Assembly (NCBI GenBank): GCA_963844715.1
Contig: CAWJPJ010000008.1
Coordinates: 384,001 to 448,000, forward strand
From: an uncultured Phycisphaerales bacterium
GTDB lineage: Bacteria > Planctomycetota > Phycisphaerae > Tepidisphaerales > Tepidisphaeraceae
Direction of reading: 5' to 3'
Length of the DNA stretch: 64,000 nt
In this document: one piece after another, positions 10,553 through 21,197 of the stretch
How positions within the stretch are numbered: the first letter of the stretch is position 1
How the letters are laid out: every line of letters begins with the position of its first letter
Notes under the pieces: generated by a model
What the model was told of the DNA's origin: nothing
The model's database searches: none
What the model saw: the letters and a program-made list of their open reading frames with translations, nothing else
Made by a program: the position numbers and the translations under genes

Positions 10553-11593
10553 CCGCTGCGCGATTTTCCAGTAGGCGTTCATGATGGGGTTTCCGACACA
10601 CTGCAGCGTGCGGCTTTTGATTTCCGAAAATTCCACTTTGCCGGCGAAATCCATCGTGAACAGGCGATCCGATATTGTTCGCCGTGCGCGAGCCTGCCGC
10701 CGGCGGTTCATGACGTAGGAGATATTTTGGGGGCGCCAGAAGTACCGCCAGGCGCGCAACTTTTGCGAAACCACGCCGTTGCGCACGGCGAAAAAGAGCT
10801 GACCCAGCTCCATCAAAAACAGCATGGGCGAAATCAGAAGCAGCGTGCGGAATTTGTAATAGCTAAGCAAAAGCATCCAGCGGTTGCGCTCAAGATAGTA
10901 ATAGAATTCGTAGTTCCGCTGGAACGTGTATTTGTGCCAGACCACGGCGGCGGGGGCGTATTCGATTTTGAGGCTGGTTTGGCGCAGTTTCCACCCGAGG
11001 TCGGCGTCTTCCAGATAAAGGAAAAATTCGTCGTCGAAGAGCCCCAGGGCCTCGACGGCATTGGCGCACACAACGAAAGCCGCGCCGGAGGGAAAGTCGA
11101 TCTCCCGAGGCTTGTCGTGCGAGCCATCATCCGGCTCGTTGTACGCGGTCACGATCCCGAAGCCTAGGTAATTCGATCTGTTTCCCGCCGTGTTGATCCG
11201 ATCCTTGTTTGGCCAGAGAAGAATTTTGGGTTGAACGGCGGCGACGCTCCCCCTGTCTTTTAATTGTCCGGTAAGCGCTGCAAGCCACCCCGATTTGACG
11301 ATCGTGTCGTGATTCAAAATGGCCAGGTATTCCAAATTCGGGAACTTCTCGCTGGCCAGCTTCCAACCCGCGTTATTCGCGGCGGCGTATCCGCGATTTT
11401 CATTGAGCCTGAGAATTTCGGCCCGCGGGAATTTCTCGCGTACGAAATCCGCGCTGCCGTCCGTGCTGGCGTTGTCGATGACGACGACGTGGGTTTGTAT
11501 GTCCGGATCGCTGGAATTGAAGACGGACGATAAACAATCGTCCAGAAATTCGCGGCCGTTGAACGTGACGATGAGGACGGCGGCCTCGTTCAT
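10538..11593 (-). CDS. glycosyltransferase family 2
   Basis: VIDNASTDGS, NRGYAAANN, LNHD, FFLYLEDADL. Confidence 0.9.
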   Translation of the reverse strand: MNEAAVLIVTFNGREFLDDCLSSVFNSSDPDIQTHVVVIDNASTDGSADFVREKFPRAEILRLNENRGYAAANNAGWKLASEKFPNLEYLAILNHDTIVKSGWLAALTGQLKDRGSVAAVQPKILLWPNKDRINTAGNRSNYLGFGIVTAYNEPDDGSHDKPREIDFPSGAAFVVCANAVEALGLFDDEFFLYLEDADLGWKLRQTSLKIEYAPAAVVWHKYTFQRNYEFYYYLERNRWMLLLSYYKFRTLLLISPMLFLMELGQLFFAVRNGVVSQKLRAWRYFWRPQNISYVMNRRRQARARRTISDRLFTMDFAGKVEFSEIKSRTLQCVGNPIMNAYWKIAQRLMFW

Positions 11594-11961
11594 GGCGGGG
11601 GAATCCGGGGCGGATTCTCGGGCAGCCGCTCGTTCATGCCGTGTTTTTCCATGAGTATCCCGACGATCTGGGCCAGCGTCGCAATCTTGCGGTCCTGTAG
11701 GCTTACGATCGTCAGTAATTCAAACACCATCAAGATGAGAAACGCCGAGACGCACAGCAGGGAAACCGTGTGGTAGTCGATGTGCAATTTTTCCGCGACC
11801 CACCCCACGCCCGTCGGCCACGCCGCCAGGATCAGGAACGGCAATCCCGTCAGCGCCAGCAAAATGACGTGCCGCTCCTTGATCTTGTAGGTGCGCAATC
11901 GGCGCACGGCCAGCGCGACCGCGCCGAGCCCAAAAATCAGAAGTATGATTCGCGCAACCAT
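11590..11961 (-). CDS. DUF2304 family membrane protein
   Basis: Three TM helices plus C-terminal KIATLAQ; typical partner of the adjacent DPM1-like GT2. Confidence 0.8.
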   Translation of the reverse strand: MVARIILLIFGLGAVALAVRRLRTYKIKERHVILLALTGLPFLILAAWPTGVGWVAEKLHIDYHTVSLLCVSAFLILMVFELLTIVSLQDRKIATLAQIVGILMEKHGMNERLPENPPRIPPP

Positions 11962-11977
11962 AAAATCGGGCCTCCGG

Positions 11978-12089
11978 TCCCCTCTCCTCATGTAACCTTG
12001 GGGAGAGGGTCAGGGTGAGGGGCGTTTTTCGAGCTTCCAAAATGCGCCCCTCACCCTCGCCCTCTCCCCGGAGTACCAGGGAGAGGGGA
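11978..12089. repeat. paired BoxC/REP-like palindromic repeat (two inverted units)
   Basis: CCCCTCTCC..GGAGAGGGTCAGGGTGAGGGG followed by CCCCTCACCCTCGCCCTCTCCCCGGAGTACCAGGGAGAGGGGA. Confidence 0.8.
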
Positions 12090-12105
12090 TCGATCTTTTG
12101 CTTCT

Positions 12106-12945
12106 TCACGACGCGTCGATTTTTCCGCGCGGCCAAGGCTGGCGCATCGTGTCCATGAACAGGCAGACGCCTACTTTGAGCACGTAGAACATTCCGCTGA
12201 AGAGCCCGATGCTGCTTTTGCCGTACATCCGCCGCCGCATCCGCGCGGGGACTTCGATCACCTTGAAGTTGGACCGGTGCAGCAGCAGCACGACTTCCGG
12301 CTCGGGGTAGTCGTCGGGATACCAATGCGCGTAAGCGCGAATGACCCGCTGATTGACGGCGCGAAACCCGCTGGTGCAATCAGTGATCTTGAGCCCGCTG
12401 AGCATGCGGATCCATATGCTGAGCAGGCGAATCCCGGTTAGTCGCACCGGGCTGGTCTTGAAATTTCGCGGCAGCAGAAATCGCGAGCCCACGACGATAT
12501 CCGCGTTGTTTTCCTGGAGCGCCTCGACCAGCGCCCGCACGCCGCTGGGACGATGCTGCCCGTCGCCGTCCACTTGAACGGCCACGTCATATCCGTGCAA
12601 AGCGGCGTATCGATACCCCGTCTGCATCGCGCCGCCGATACCCAGATTGAACGGCAGGCTGACCACCCGAGCCTCCGGCGGGAGGCAACGAACGGTGTCA
12701 TCCGTCGATCCGTCATCAATCACCAGCACATCGCAATCGGGAAGCAGCCGATGCAGTTGCCGCACCACTCGGCCGACCGATTTGCTCTCGTTAAACGCCG
12801 GAACGATCACCAGGCATTTGAGCTTTGGCTTCCCGGCAGCTTGCGAGGCAGGTTGCGCCGCGGTCGCCGAGGCGGGAATTTCCAGCATCGTCGGCAGCTT
12901 TGGCAGGGGTTGGGGCGGACGAACCACGCTGGTCATGGAGTGCAA
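12106..12945 (-). CDS. DPM1-like glycosyltransferase family 2 (start uncertain)
   Basis: IVPAFNE, IDDGSTD, NLGIGGAMQTG, VDGDGQH, DCTSGFRA. Confidence 0.9.
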   Translation of the reverse strand: MHSMTSVVRPPQPLPKLPTMLEIPASATAAQPASQAAGKPKLKCLVIVPAFNESKSVGRVVRQLHRLLPDCDVLVIDDGSTDDTVRCLPPEARVVSLPFNLGIGGAMQTGYRYAALHGYDVAVQVDGDGQHRPSGVRALVEALQENNADIVVGSRFLLPRNFKTSPVRLTGIRLLSIWIRMLSGLKITDCTSGFRAVNQRVIRAYAHWYPDDYPEPEVVLLLHRSNFKVIEVPARMRRRMYGKSSIGLFSGMFYVLKVGVCLFMDTMRQPWPRGKIDAS

Positions 12946-13061
12946 GAATGTACCGCAACCCGCCCCGCGAGGCGAGATTAAATCACCCCCTCGGGCGCCG
13001 GGTCTCGATCCTTTGCATTGCCTATGGGTATGGCTATAAAAGCCCCGGAAAAGAGGCTTTT

Positions 13062-13922
13062 ATGCTGATGCAGGGTGCTTCCGCCGAATCTCCGGCGCAA
13101 GCGAGAATCGGGCAGATCACCACCCCCTGGTCGGTCTTTTCCTCGGCATGGAAGCACAGGCGGCTGATCCTGCGCCTGGCCCGCCGCGAGGTCGAGGCCC
13201 GGTATAAAGGCTCGGCCCTGGGCATTCTCTGGATGATCCTCCTGCCGCTGCTGATGCTCGGGGTTTATACGTTTGTTTTCAGCTTTATTTTTCACTCCAA
13301 ATTCACCAGCCCATCGGGCAAAGCCGCGCCGTTTTTCCTCAATGCCTTTGCCGGAATTATTTTGCTGAATCTGTTCAACGAATCGGTCGGCCGTGCGCCG
13401 GGCATGATGCTCGGTAATGTGACTTACATAAAGAAGGTGGTTTTCCCTCTGGAGATTCTGCCTTTCGTGACCGTTGCCGCGGAGCTTGTGACCGTGCTCA
13501 CCAGCGCCGTGGTGCTGGGGATTTTTTATTGGTTCACGCTCGGCCGGCCCCCGCACACCGCCCAGTGGCTCCCCGTCGTCGTCGCGCCTTTATTTCTGAT
13601 GACGCTCGGCTGGGTTTGGTTCATCTCATCGCTGGGGGTTTATCTGCGCGATCTGCGTCACGTGGTAATCGTGGTGCTCAATCTCATTCCGTTCCTGAGC
13701 CCGGTCTTTTATCAGCTCAGCAACATCAGTTCTTCGGTGCGCGGGTTTTTGTATTTAAGCCCGCTGACCGTGGTGCTGGAACAGGTGCGGGACGTTTTGT
13801 TCTGGGGGATCGAGCCAAATTGGATCGTCTGGGGGGTTTATCTGGCGATATCGTGGTTGATCGCGTGGGCGGGATTGGCGTGGTTCCGCCATGCGCAGAC
13901 GGGATTTGCCGATGTCGTCTGA
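13062..13922 (+). CDS. wzm: ABC-2 polysaccharide export permease
   Basis: RREVEARYKGSALGILW, YIKKVVFPLEILP, FADVV end. Confidence 0.92.
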   Translation: MLMQGASAESPAQARIGQITTPWSVFSSAWKHRRLILRLARREVEARYKGSALGILWMILLPLLMLGVYTFVFSFIFHSKFTSPSGKAAPFFLNAFAGIILLNLFNESVGRAPGMMLGNVTYIKKVVFPLEILPFVTVAAELVTVLTSAVVLGIFYWFTLGRPPHTAQWLPVVVAPLFLMTLGWVWFISSLGVYLRDLRHVVIVVLNLIPFLSPVFYQLSNISSSVRGFLYLSPLTVVLEQVRDVLFWGIEPNWIVWGVYLAISWLIAWAGLAWFRHAQTGFADVV

Positions 13923-15297
13923 ATCCCTGCCGGGCGATTTATCCATCCGCGTGCGCGGGCTGAGCAAAGCCTATCGCATCTTCAAGGCTCCGGAAGACCG
14001 CCTGAAGCAGATGCTCTTCGGCCGGTGGCGCAGCTTTCATCAAGAATTCTGGGCTTTGCGCGACGTCGACCTCGACATCCACAGGGGGGAAACTGTCGGC
14101 CTCATCGGCATCAACGGCTCCGGAAAATCCACGCTCCTTCAACTTATCTGCGGGACACTCACGCCGACAAAGGGGACCGTGCAGGTGCGCGGGAGAATCG
14201 CCGCGCTTTTGGAACTGGGCGCCGGTTTCAATCCCGAATTCACGGGGCACGACAACGTCTTCATCAATGGCGCGATTTTGGGAATGACCCAAAAGCAGAT
14301 GGAAGCCCGCTACGACGATATCGTGAAATTCGCGGACATCGGGGAGTTTCTCGACCAGCCGGTGAAGACCTATTCCAGCGGCATGTACGCCCGGCTCGCG
14401 TTTGCCGTCGCCATCCACGTCGATCCGGAGATTCTCATGGTGGACGAACTCCTCTCCGTCGGCGACGAGGCGTTCCAGCGGAAATGCTTCGCCCGCATTC
14501 GCGAGATTCGCAACGCCGGCGCGACGGTGCTGTTCGTTTCGCACGCCGCCCCGACGATTGTGCAATTGTGCGATAGGGCGGTTCTGCTCGATCACGGCCG
14601 GCGGCTGCTGACGGCCAATCCGAAGCACGCGGTCGCCAAATATCAGAAGCTGGTTTATGCCCCGCCGGAAAAATCGGAGGAAATCCGCCAGGAGATTACG
14701 AAGTTGGACGCATCCGGAGCGCAGGAATCGGACGAGGAAGTTGATTACGAGTCGGGATCGAACGGGGAGAAGACCGGCGAGTCGGAGGATTTATACGATC
14801 CGAACATGGTGCCCAAGAGCATCGTGGCGTATGTTTCGCGCGGGGCGACGATCAAGGAGCCGCGGATTTTGGAGCCGGGGGGAAAGCGGGTGAACGTGCT
14901 GGTTCCGGGGCGCGTCTATCGATACAGCTACCTCGTCAATTTCGACAAACCCGCGACCGGCGTGCGTTTTGGAATGATGATCAAAAATGTCGTTGGGATC
15001 GAAATCGCCGGCGGAGCATCTCATCCACCCACGGGCGGCCTGGAATTTGTCGACGCCGGGCAGCAGGCGCGGGTGACTTTCGAATTTAAAAACCTCCTGG
15101 CGCCGGGCACTTATTTCCTTAACGCCGGCGTGCTCGGAAAAGTTGACGAAACGGGTGAAAGCTGGCTCCATCGCCTGCTGGACGTCGTCATGTTCCGCGT
15201 CGATGCCACGCCGGCGCCCGTGGCCACGGGAATCGTGAATCTCATGACCGAAGAACATTGCGAAGTTCGCATCCTCACACCGGCGGGAAAGGTATAG
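13912..15297 (+). CDS. wzt: polysaccharide ABC exporter ATPase with C-terminal Wzt_C domain
   Basis: GINGSGKST, YSSGMYARLAFAVA, DELLSVGD; C-terminal LAPGTYFL domain. Confidence 0.95.
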   Translation: MSSESLPGDLSIRVRGLSKAYRIFKAPEDRLKQMLFGRWRSFHQEFWALRDVDLDIHRGETVGLIGINGSGKSTLLQLICGTLTPTKGTVQVRGRIAALLELGAGFNPEFTGHDNVFINGAILGMTQKQMEARYDDIVKFADIGEFLDQPVKTYSSGMYARLAFAVAIHVDPEILMVDELLSVGDEAFQRKCFARIREIRNAGATVLFVSHAAPTIVQLCDRAVLLDHGRRLLTANPKHAVAKYQKLVYAPPEKSEEIRQEITKLDASGAQESDEEVDYESGSNGEKTGESEDLYDPNMVPKSIVAYVSRGATIKEPRILEPGGKRVNVLVPGRVYRYSYLVNFDKPATGVRFGMMIKNVVGIEIAGGASHPPTGGLEFVDAGQQARVTFEFKNLLAPGTYFLNAGVLGKVDETGESWLHRLLDVVMFRVDATPAPVATGIVNLMTEEHCEVRILTPAGKV

Positions 15298-15306
15298 ACT
15301 GCTCGC

Positions 15307-16731
15307 ATGGCTGAATCGACCGCCATTCTCGTGCTCGGCATGCATCGCAGCGGAACCAGCGCGCTGGCGGGCGTGCTCCATCTCCTGGGCGCGGCCATGC
15401 CCGACGATCTGATGGCGGGGGATCAGTACAACGAAAAAGGATATTGGGAATCGAAGGAAATCGCGGACTTCAACGACGAATTGTTCAAATCCGCCGGGTG
15501 GACGTGGGACCAGATCGGAAAGTTTCCCGCCGACTGGTACGAGAAGCCGCAATGCGGCGAATTTCGCGCCCGGGCGGTGGAGCTGCTCGCCAAGCGATTC
15601 GGGCAAAGTCCGCTTTTTGTGCCGAAAGACCCGAGGATTTGCCTCCTCGCCCCGTTTTGGATTTCGGTTTTGGAGGAGATGAAAATCCGGTCTGTGTTCG
15701 TGATTGCGGCTCGGCATCCGCGCGAAGTCGCCGCGTCGCTGGCACGTCGGGATCATTTCCCGCCCGAAAAATCCGAATTGCTTTGGCTGACTCATCTTCT
15801 GGAAGCCGAGCGATCCACGCGCAATCAGCCGCGCTGCTTTGTGTCATATGACCGGCTTCTGGAGGATTGGCGGGCGTGCGCGGCGCGGATCGCCAAGACC
15901 GCCGGGCTGGAGTGGCCGGTGTCTTTCGATTCCGCCGCGGAAAAGATCGACGCGACGCTCAGCGGCGATCTCAAGCATCACCGCGCCTTGATGGAAGATC
16001 TGGCCGGCGTCTCGCCCTGGGCAAAGAGCGCGTATGAGGCGATTCAAACGGCCGCCGGCGGAGACGAATCAAATCTCGCCAAGACGCTGGACGACATCGC
16101 GGCGCCGTTTGATATCGCCCTGGCCGTTTTCTCACCCCTTATCGTCGGTTCGCCGCGAGGCGGGCAAAGTTCGATCGACGCGGCGATCTTTTCGGAACTG
16201 AAGCGATTGGAAGAGCGCGATCGGCGGATGGAAGCCGAGCGGGCGGCAATCGCCAAGATCGCCGCGGAATCGGCGGTGCACGGACACGCGGGGCTGGATC
16301 AACTCGTCCCCGTCTCCGGCGCGACCCGCGACTCGGACGGCTCCTGGCAGGGGAGCGGTTCTCCCCGGTTCCTAGCGGCCGTTTCGCTCCCGCCGGGGAA
16401 GATGCGGATTCGCGCCACCATCCAATCGACGGTTTGGTCGCGCGCTTCGGTTTGTCTCGATTACGGCCGCGGATTCATCGACTGCGAATCCGTCGAACTC
16501 GCCCCCATTTTCCCGGGCGAAAATCGCATCGACCGGGCCGTCAACGTCTATCAGCCCGCCTCCCTCGTCCGCTTCGATCCGCTTCAGGACCCGGGAGAAT
16601 TCACCCTCACGGCTTTCATCCTTGAGCACGTCCCCGCCTCTTACGACGAAAAGAACGCCGAGACCGCGGAGATGGGGCAAAAGTGGACGCAGATGAAAAA
16701 ACGACTCAAGGACCTTTTTTCATCCGTGTAA
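15307..16731 (+). CDS. sulfotransferase-family protein
   Basis: VLGMHRSGTS PAPS-binding loop, KDPR, RHPREVAASL. Confidence 0.85.
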   Translation: MAESTAILVLGMHRSGTSALAGVLHLLGAAMPDDLMAGDQYNEKGYWESKEIADFNDELFKSAGWTWDQIGKFPADWYEKPQCGEFRARAVELLAKRFGQSPLFVPKDPRICLLAPFWISVLEEMKIRSVFVIAARHPREVAASLARRDHFPPEKSELLWLTHLLEAERSTRNQPRCFVSYDRLLEDWRACAARIAKTAGLEWPVSFDSAAEKIDATLSGDLKHHRALMEDLAGVSPWAKSAYEAIQTAAGGDESNLAKTLDDIAAPFDIALAVFSPLIVGSPRGGQSSIDAAIFSELKRLEERDRRMEAERAAIAKIAAESAVHGHAGLDQLVPVSGATRDSDGSWQGSGSPRFLAAVSLPPGKMRIRATIQSTVWSRASVCLDYGRGFIDCESVELAPIFPGENRIDRAVNVYQPASLVRFDPLQDPGEFTLTAFILEHVPASYDEKNAETAEMGQKWTQMKKRLKDLFSSV

Positions 16732-16735
16732 ATCC

Positions 16736-17719
16736 GTGCCCAACCCTGACACGAAAGTTTCCGTCGCCCTCTGCACCTTCAACGGCGATCGATATCTCGC
16801 CGAGCAACTGGCGAGCCTCGCTTCCCAGGACCGAAAAATCGACGAGCTTGTCGTCTGCGACGACGCTTCGACGGACCAGACGCAAAAAATCCTGCGGGAC
16901 TTTGCCGCCTGCGCCCCCATGCCCGTGCGTCTGGAAATCAACGAAAAACAATTAGGCCCATCGCAAAATTTCCAGCAGGCCATCGAGCGCTGCAGGGGAG
17001 AATTCATTTTCCTCTGCGACCAGGATGATCGGTGGCGCCCCGACAAAGTCCGCCGCATGCTCGAAGCGTTCCAGGACGAAGAGGCGGCCCTCGCTTTTTC
17101 CGATGCGAAAGTGATTAACGCCAACGGCGCTGCCGTGGGGTCATCCTTTTGGCGTTCCATCTGGTTCGACGCGAGTGAACAGGATCGCGTCCGCCGCGGC
17201 GACGGCTTGCCCGTGCTGCTTCGTCACTCGATCGCCGCCGGCGCGATGCTCGGCTTCCGGGCCAAATGCCTGCCGCTGTTATTGCCGCTGCCGGACTTGC
17301 CCCGATCGCACGATATCTGGATCACGCTCCTCGCCGCCGCGGCCGCGAAAATCTCGCCTATCGCCGAACCGCTCATCGACTATCGCATTCACGGTGAGAA
17401 TCAGATCGGCCTCCCTGCCGAAGGTCTGCGCGGCCAAATCTCCGCCGTGCGCCGGCAGATTCATCAAAATGCCTTCGGCCTGGCGGCTGATGTTTATGAG
17501 CAGGCCTATCGCCGGCTCGATGAAAACCGCTCGCGCTGGCCGATCAAGGAGCAAACGCTTTCTTTGCTTCGAGCCAAGATCGACCACAGCCGCACCCGCG
17601 ACCGCCTGCCCGGCTGGCCCTCGCGCCTCGGCGTCATCTCCCGCGAATGGAAATCCGGCAACTACGCCAAGTATTCCTACGGATTCAAAAGCGTTTTGCA
17701 GGATTTATTCCTGCGATGA
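16736..17719 (+). CDS. glycosyltransferase family 2
   Basis: CTFNG, CDDASTD, LCDQDDRW, HDIW, YRIHGENQIG. Confidence 0.9.
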   Translation: MPNPDTKVSVALCTFNGDRYLAEQLASLASQDRKIDELVVCDDASTDQTQKILRDFAACAPMPVRLEINEKQLGPSQNFQQAIERCRGEFIFLCDQDDRWRPDKVRRMLEAFQDEEAALAFSDAKVINANGAAVGSSFWRSIWFDASEQDRVRRGDGLPVLLRHSIAAGAMLGFRAKCLPLLLPLPDLPRSHDIWITLLAAAAAKISPIAEPLIDYRIHGENQIGLPAEGLRGQISAVRRQIHQNAFGLAADVYEQAYRRLDENRSRWPIKEQTLSLLRAKIDHSRTRDRLPGWPSRLGVISREWKSGNYAKYSYGFKSVLQDLFLR

Positions 17720-17730
17720 AGAGATCGGAA

Positions 17731-18660
17731 TCACTTCCCCAGATAGAAATTCGCTAATTTGTCCCACGCTTCGGATTCGGACCATTGGACCTCTCCCTGG
17801 TCGGGGCGATGCGAATTGACGCGATAGAGGGGCTCGGGAAAATCGGTTTGCGTCTCCAGCCGCACCGGGCAGGGGACACCCAATCGCTTGGCCATTTCCG
17901 TCGAAACGCGATGCGTGAAATCGCCGACGGATTCGATGTATCCGCTGGGTCCGTAGTGCAGGTATCCCGGTTCGTCGGGGAGCGTCCGCACCATTCTCGC
18001 ATAGGCCCCGGCCAGCAAGTCGATGTGAATGTTGTCGCGCACGTACTCCGGCGTTTTCACCGACGGCGTCTGCCGCGTCAGCCAGGATTTCATCAAATAA
18101 GCCACAAACCGCGGCTCCTCGAGCGGGCCAATCGGATTGGGAATGACGAATTTACCGAGCGAAAATCCCTCGCGCGGGGCGTGGAACTTTACGAACTCCG
18201 CCGTCAATCCCTTGGATAACCCGTAGGGGCTGAACGCCAGCCGGGGCTCCGGACCGACCCCTTCGTTCTGCTCAAAGACGCTGCCGGTCAGAATCATCTT
18301 GCCGCAATTATTCTCGCGCAGTTTTCGAAGCACCGGAACGAGATTGCGAACATTCGCCGCCGTCGCGCCGACGCGCGTCAAAATCCGGGCTTTTATAATC
18401 CCGCACCTCCGACGCATGATGGCATAGCACATCAAACGGCCCATCCGTCTCGATCAATTTCAAAAATGCGTCGTCCCCGAAGTTGATCCCAAATCGTAGC
18501 TCGCAAGCCCCCGGCAGCATCGCCACTCGCCGGGCTTTTACGTCCGCATATCCATCCACCTGCCCGCGCAGGGCGCCACCACGCGATGTCCCGCCTTGCG
18601 CAGGGCGGTGACCATCCAGTATCCGCTGAACGAGCTTGCGCCGGTGAATAGGATATTCAT
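17731..18660 (-). CDS. NAD-dependent epimerase/dehydratase (frameshifted near 18575 and 18370)
   Basis: Starts MNILFTGASSFSGYW at 18660; YGLSK catalytic motif and RDNIH in downstream frames. Confidence 0.8.
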
Positions 18661-18672
18661 GCGACTCGTCGA

Positions 18673-19219
18673 TTATCGCAGGTGGTACGCCGGATCAAAA
18701 TCCCGGTGCTTCGCATCTTTGTCGGAAAGCACTTTCGGCTCGATCGGCCACTGAATTTTGAATTTCGGATCGTTCCACCGCACGCCCCGCTCGCGGTCGG
18801 CGGAATAAAAGTTCGAAACCAGGTACAACGCCTCGGTGTCCTCTTCAAGGGTCAGGAACCCGTGTCCGAATCCTGCGCGGGACATACATCCATTTGCGAT
18901 TCTCGGCCGTCAGCTCCTGTCCGAAATGCTGCCCGAAGGTGGGGGACCCCTCGCGTAAATCGAGGGCGACGTCGAAGAGTCTTCCCCGCACGCAGCGCAC
19001 GACTTTCACTTCCTGCCAGGGCGCGAGCTGATAGTGCATGCCGCGAAGCGTTCCTTTTTGCACGCTAAACGAGTTGTTGACCTGGCAGAATTTCGTCTCC
19101 AGGCCTTGCGCGGCGAATTCTTTTTCGCAGAACGACCTTGCGAAGAACCCGCGCTCGTCGCCGCGCGGCTCCTGATCGATCACGAATACGCCCTCGATCG
19201 GGCTGGGGTGAAATTTCAT
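18673..19219 (-). CDS. rfbC: NDP-4-keto-hexose 3,5-epimerase, RfbC/RmlC family (frameshift near 18885)
   Basis: DERGFFAR, GTLRGMHYQ, GFGHGFLTL, GVRWNDP. Confidence 0.88.
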
Positions 19220-19231
19220 CGAAATAATGCC

Positions 19232-20281
19232 CTACGGGTTTTGCCAGACCAGATCGGAATTCAATCGCCCCGCGGCGATGTGCTTCTTGAGCGTGTGCAA
19301 ACGGATCAAATTCGACTCGCGGAAATTCTTGTCGTGAAAGCCAATTGCCCGCAGCCCCTCGACCAAGCCGTCGATCGTCCCCGGCAAAGTCGCCAGCGGC
19401 TGATGCTGCGGGGCAAGTTCCCTAAAGAGCGAAAAATCCACGCGATAAGATCGTTTGTCCGGCGGAGCGGCGCTATTGATCTTCACCGCGCATCCGGGAA
19501 CTTTTTCCGCCACCGCATGCGCCAGATCGCGCACCTGATAGTTCCATTTTTCCGCCCCGGCGTTGACGACCAGATAATCCCCGCCGCGGTCGGCAGGGCG
19601 CTGAATCGCCCAGGCGATCGCCCGCGCCATGTCGCTGACATTGATCAGCGGCCGCCAGGGCGACCCGTCGCTGAGCACGGTGATCTCGCCGCTCGCCAGC
19701 GCGCACGCGACGAAGTCGTTCAGAACCAGATCGAGCCGCAATCGCGGCGACATTCCGCACGCCGTCGCAAATCGCAGGCACGTCGCGGTCATTTTCCGGT
19801 CCGCCAACCCCTCGAGCGCCTGCTCCATTGCCACTTTCGAGCGGGCGTAAGCCGTCAGGGGGTCGAGCGCGTCTTTTTCCGTCCGCGCCCCGTCGGACGC
19901 CGCGCCGTACACGCTGCAGCTGGACGCGAAGACAAAATGCTTGACGCCCCGCGCCTTGGCCAGTTCCGCGAGTTTGACGCTGGCGCGAATGTTGATCTGT
20001 TCGGTCACCTGCTCGAACTGCTTCCCCATCGGGTCGTTCGAGACAGCGGCGAGATGCACGACCGCGTCCAAGCCGTCGAGGAGATTGGCCGGGAATTGCC
20101 GCAGGTCGCCAAAGTATTGGGTCTTGAGCGCCCGATCCGGATCGGCCGCGGCGCTGGTCAGGCAATGCCCAAAATACGCGTTATCGAAACCGATCAACTC
20201 GATGCCAGGAAACGCCCCAGCCAGACTCGGGACGAGGACCGAGCCGACATATGCCATATTGCCGGTGATCAGAACTTTCAT
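19232..20281 (-). CDS. NAD-dependent sugar epimerase/oxidoreductase (extended SDR)
   Basis: ITGNMAYVG, FASSCSVYG, YARSK, SPRLRLDLVLN, SDGSPWRP. Confidence 0.88.
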   Translation of the reverse strand: MKVLITGNMAYVGSVLVPSLAGAFPGIELIGFDNAYFGHCLTSAAADPDRALKTQYFGDLRQFPANLLDGLDAVVHLAAVSNDPMGKQFEQVTEQINIRASVKLAELAKARGVKHFVFASSCSVYGAASDGARTEKDALDPLTAYARSKVAMEQALEGLADRKMTATCLRFATACGMSPRLRLDLVLNDFVACALASGEITVLSDGSPWRPLINVSDMARAIAWAIQRPADRGGDYLVVNAGAEKWNYQVRDLAHAVAEKVPGCAVKINSAAPPDKRSYRVDFSLFRELAPQHQPLATLPGTIDGLVEGLRAIGFHDKNFRESNLIRLHTLKKHIAAGRLNSDLVWQNP

Positions 20282-21057
20282 TCAATCTTTCCAGATTTTC
20301 CAGGGCGCTTTGCCTTCCACCCAGAGCGATTCCAGAAACCGCTTGTCGCGCAGCGTATCCATCGGATGCCAGAAGCCTTTGTGGAAGTACCCGGCCATTT
20401 TTCCCTTTGCCGCCAGGCCTTCCATCGGCTCGCGCTCCCAGCTTGTGTTGTCCCCTTCGATGAAGTCGCCGATTCGCGGCGAGAGTACAAAGAACCCGCC
20501 GTTGATCCACCCGCCATCGCCTTCCGGTTTTTCCTGCATGCCAGTGATTTTCGCGCCCGATGTTTAAGGGCGCCAAATCGCCCCGGCGGGCGCACCGCCG
20601 TCACCGTGCAGAGTGATTTCTCACGTTTATGCAGAGCGATCGCCGCGGTGACGTCCACGTCGCCGACACCGTCGCCGTAGGTCATGCAAAACGCCTCGTC
20701 GTCCGAGACATAGGGGAGCGCGCGTTTGATTCGCCCGCCGGTCATCGTGTCGTCGCCGGTATCGATGAGCGTGATCGTCCAGGGCTCGGTCATGCGGCGA
20801 TGGAAGGTCACTTTCTGATTCCGCATGTCAAACGTCACATCCGACGTGTGCAGAGGATATTTCTCGAGGTACTCCTTGATGACGTATCCCTTGTACCCGA
20901 GGCAGACCACGAAATCGTTGATTCCGTGCGCCGAGTAAATTTTCATGATGTGCCAAAGAATCGGCCGCCCGCCGATCTCCACCATCGGCTTGGGTCTGAC
21001 TTCCGTTTCCTCGGCAAGGCGTGTTCCAAGCCCTCCCGCAAGAATGACCGCCTTCAT
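20282..21057 (-). CDS. rfbF: glucose-1-phosphate cytidylyltransferase (frameshift near 20560)
   Basis: LAGGLGTRL..KPMVEIG, TGGRIKR, TYGDG, WINGGFFVL, GFWHPMDTLRDK. Confidence 0.92.
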
Positions 21058-21197
21058 GCCCGCTCACTTTCCAATTTGACGCCCGTTTCGCGCCCGATTT
21101 TCGCATTTTCACCCTGAGCGCGAAAAGTTCAAGGGGCGTCCATTTATCGGCGGGTCTGCGGATAGCCATCGGACTGGGTAAAACGTATAGTTTCTGC

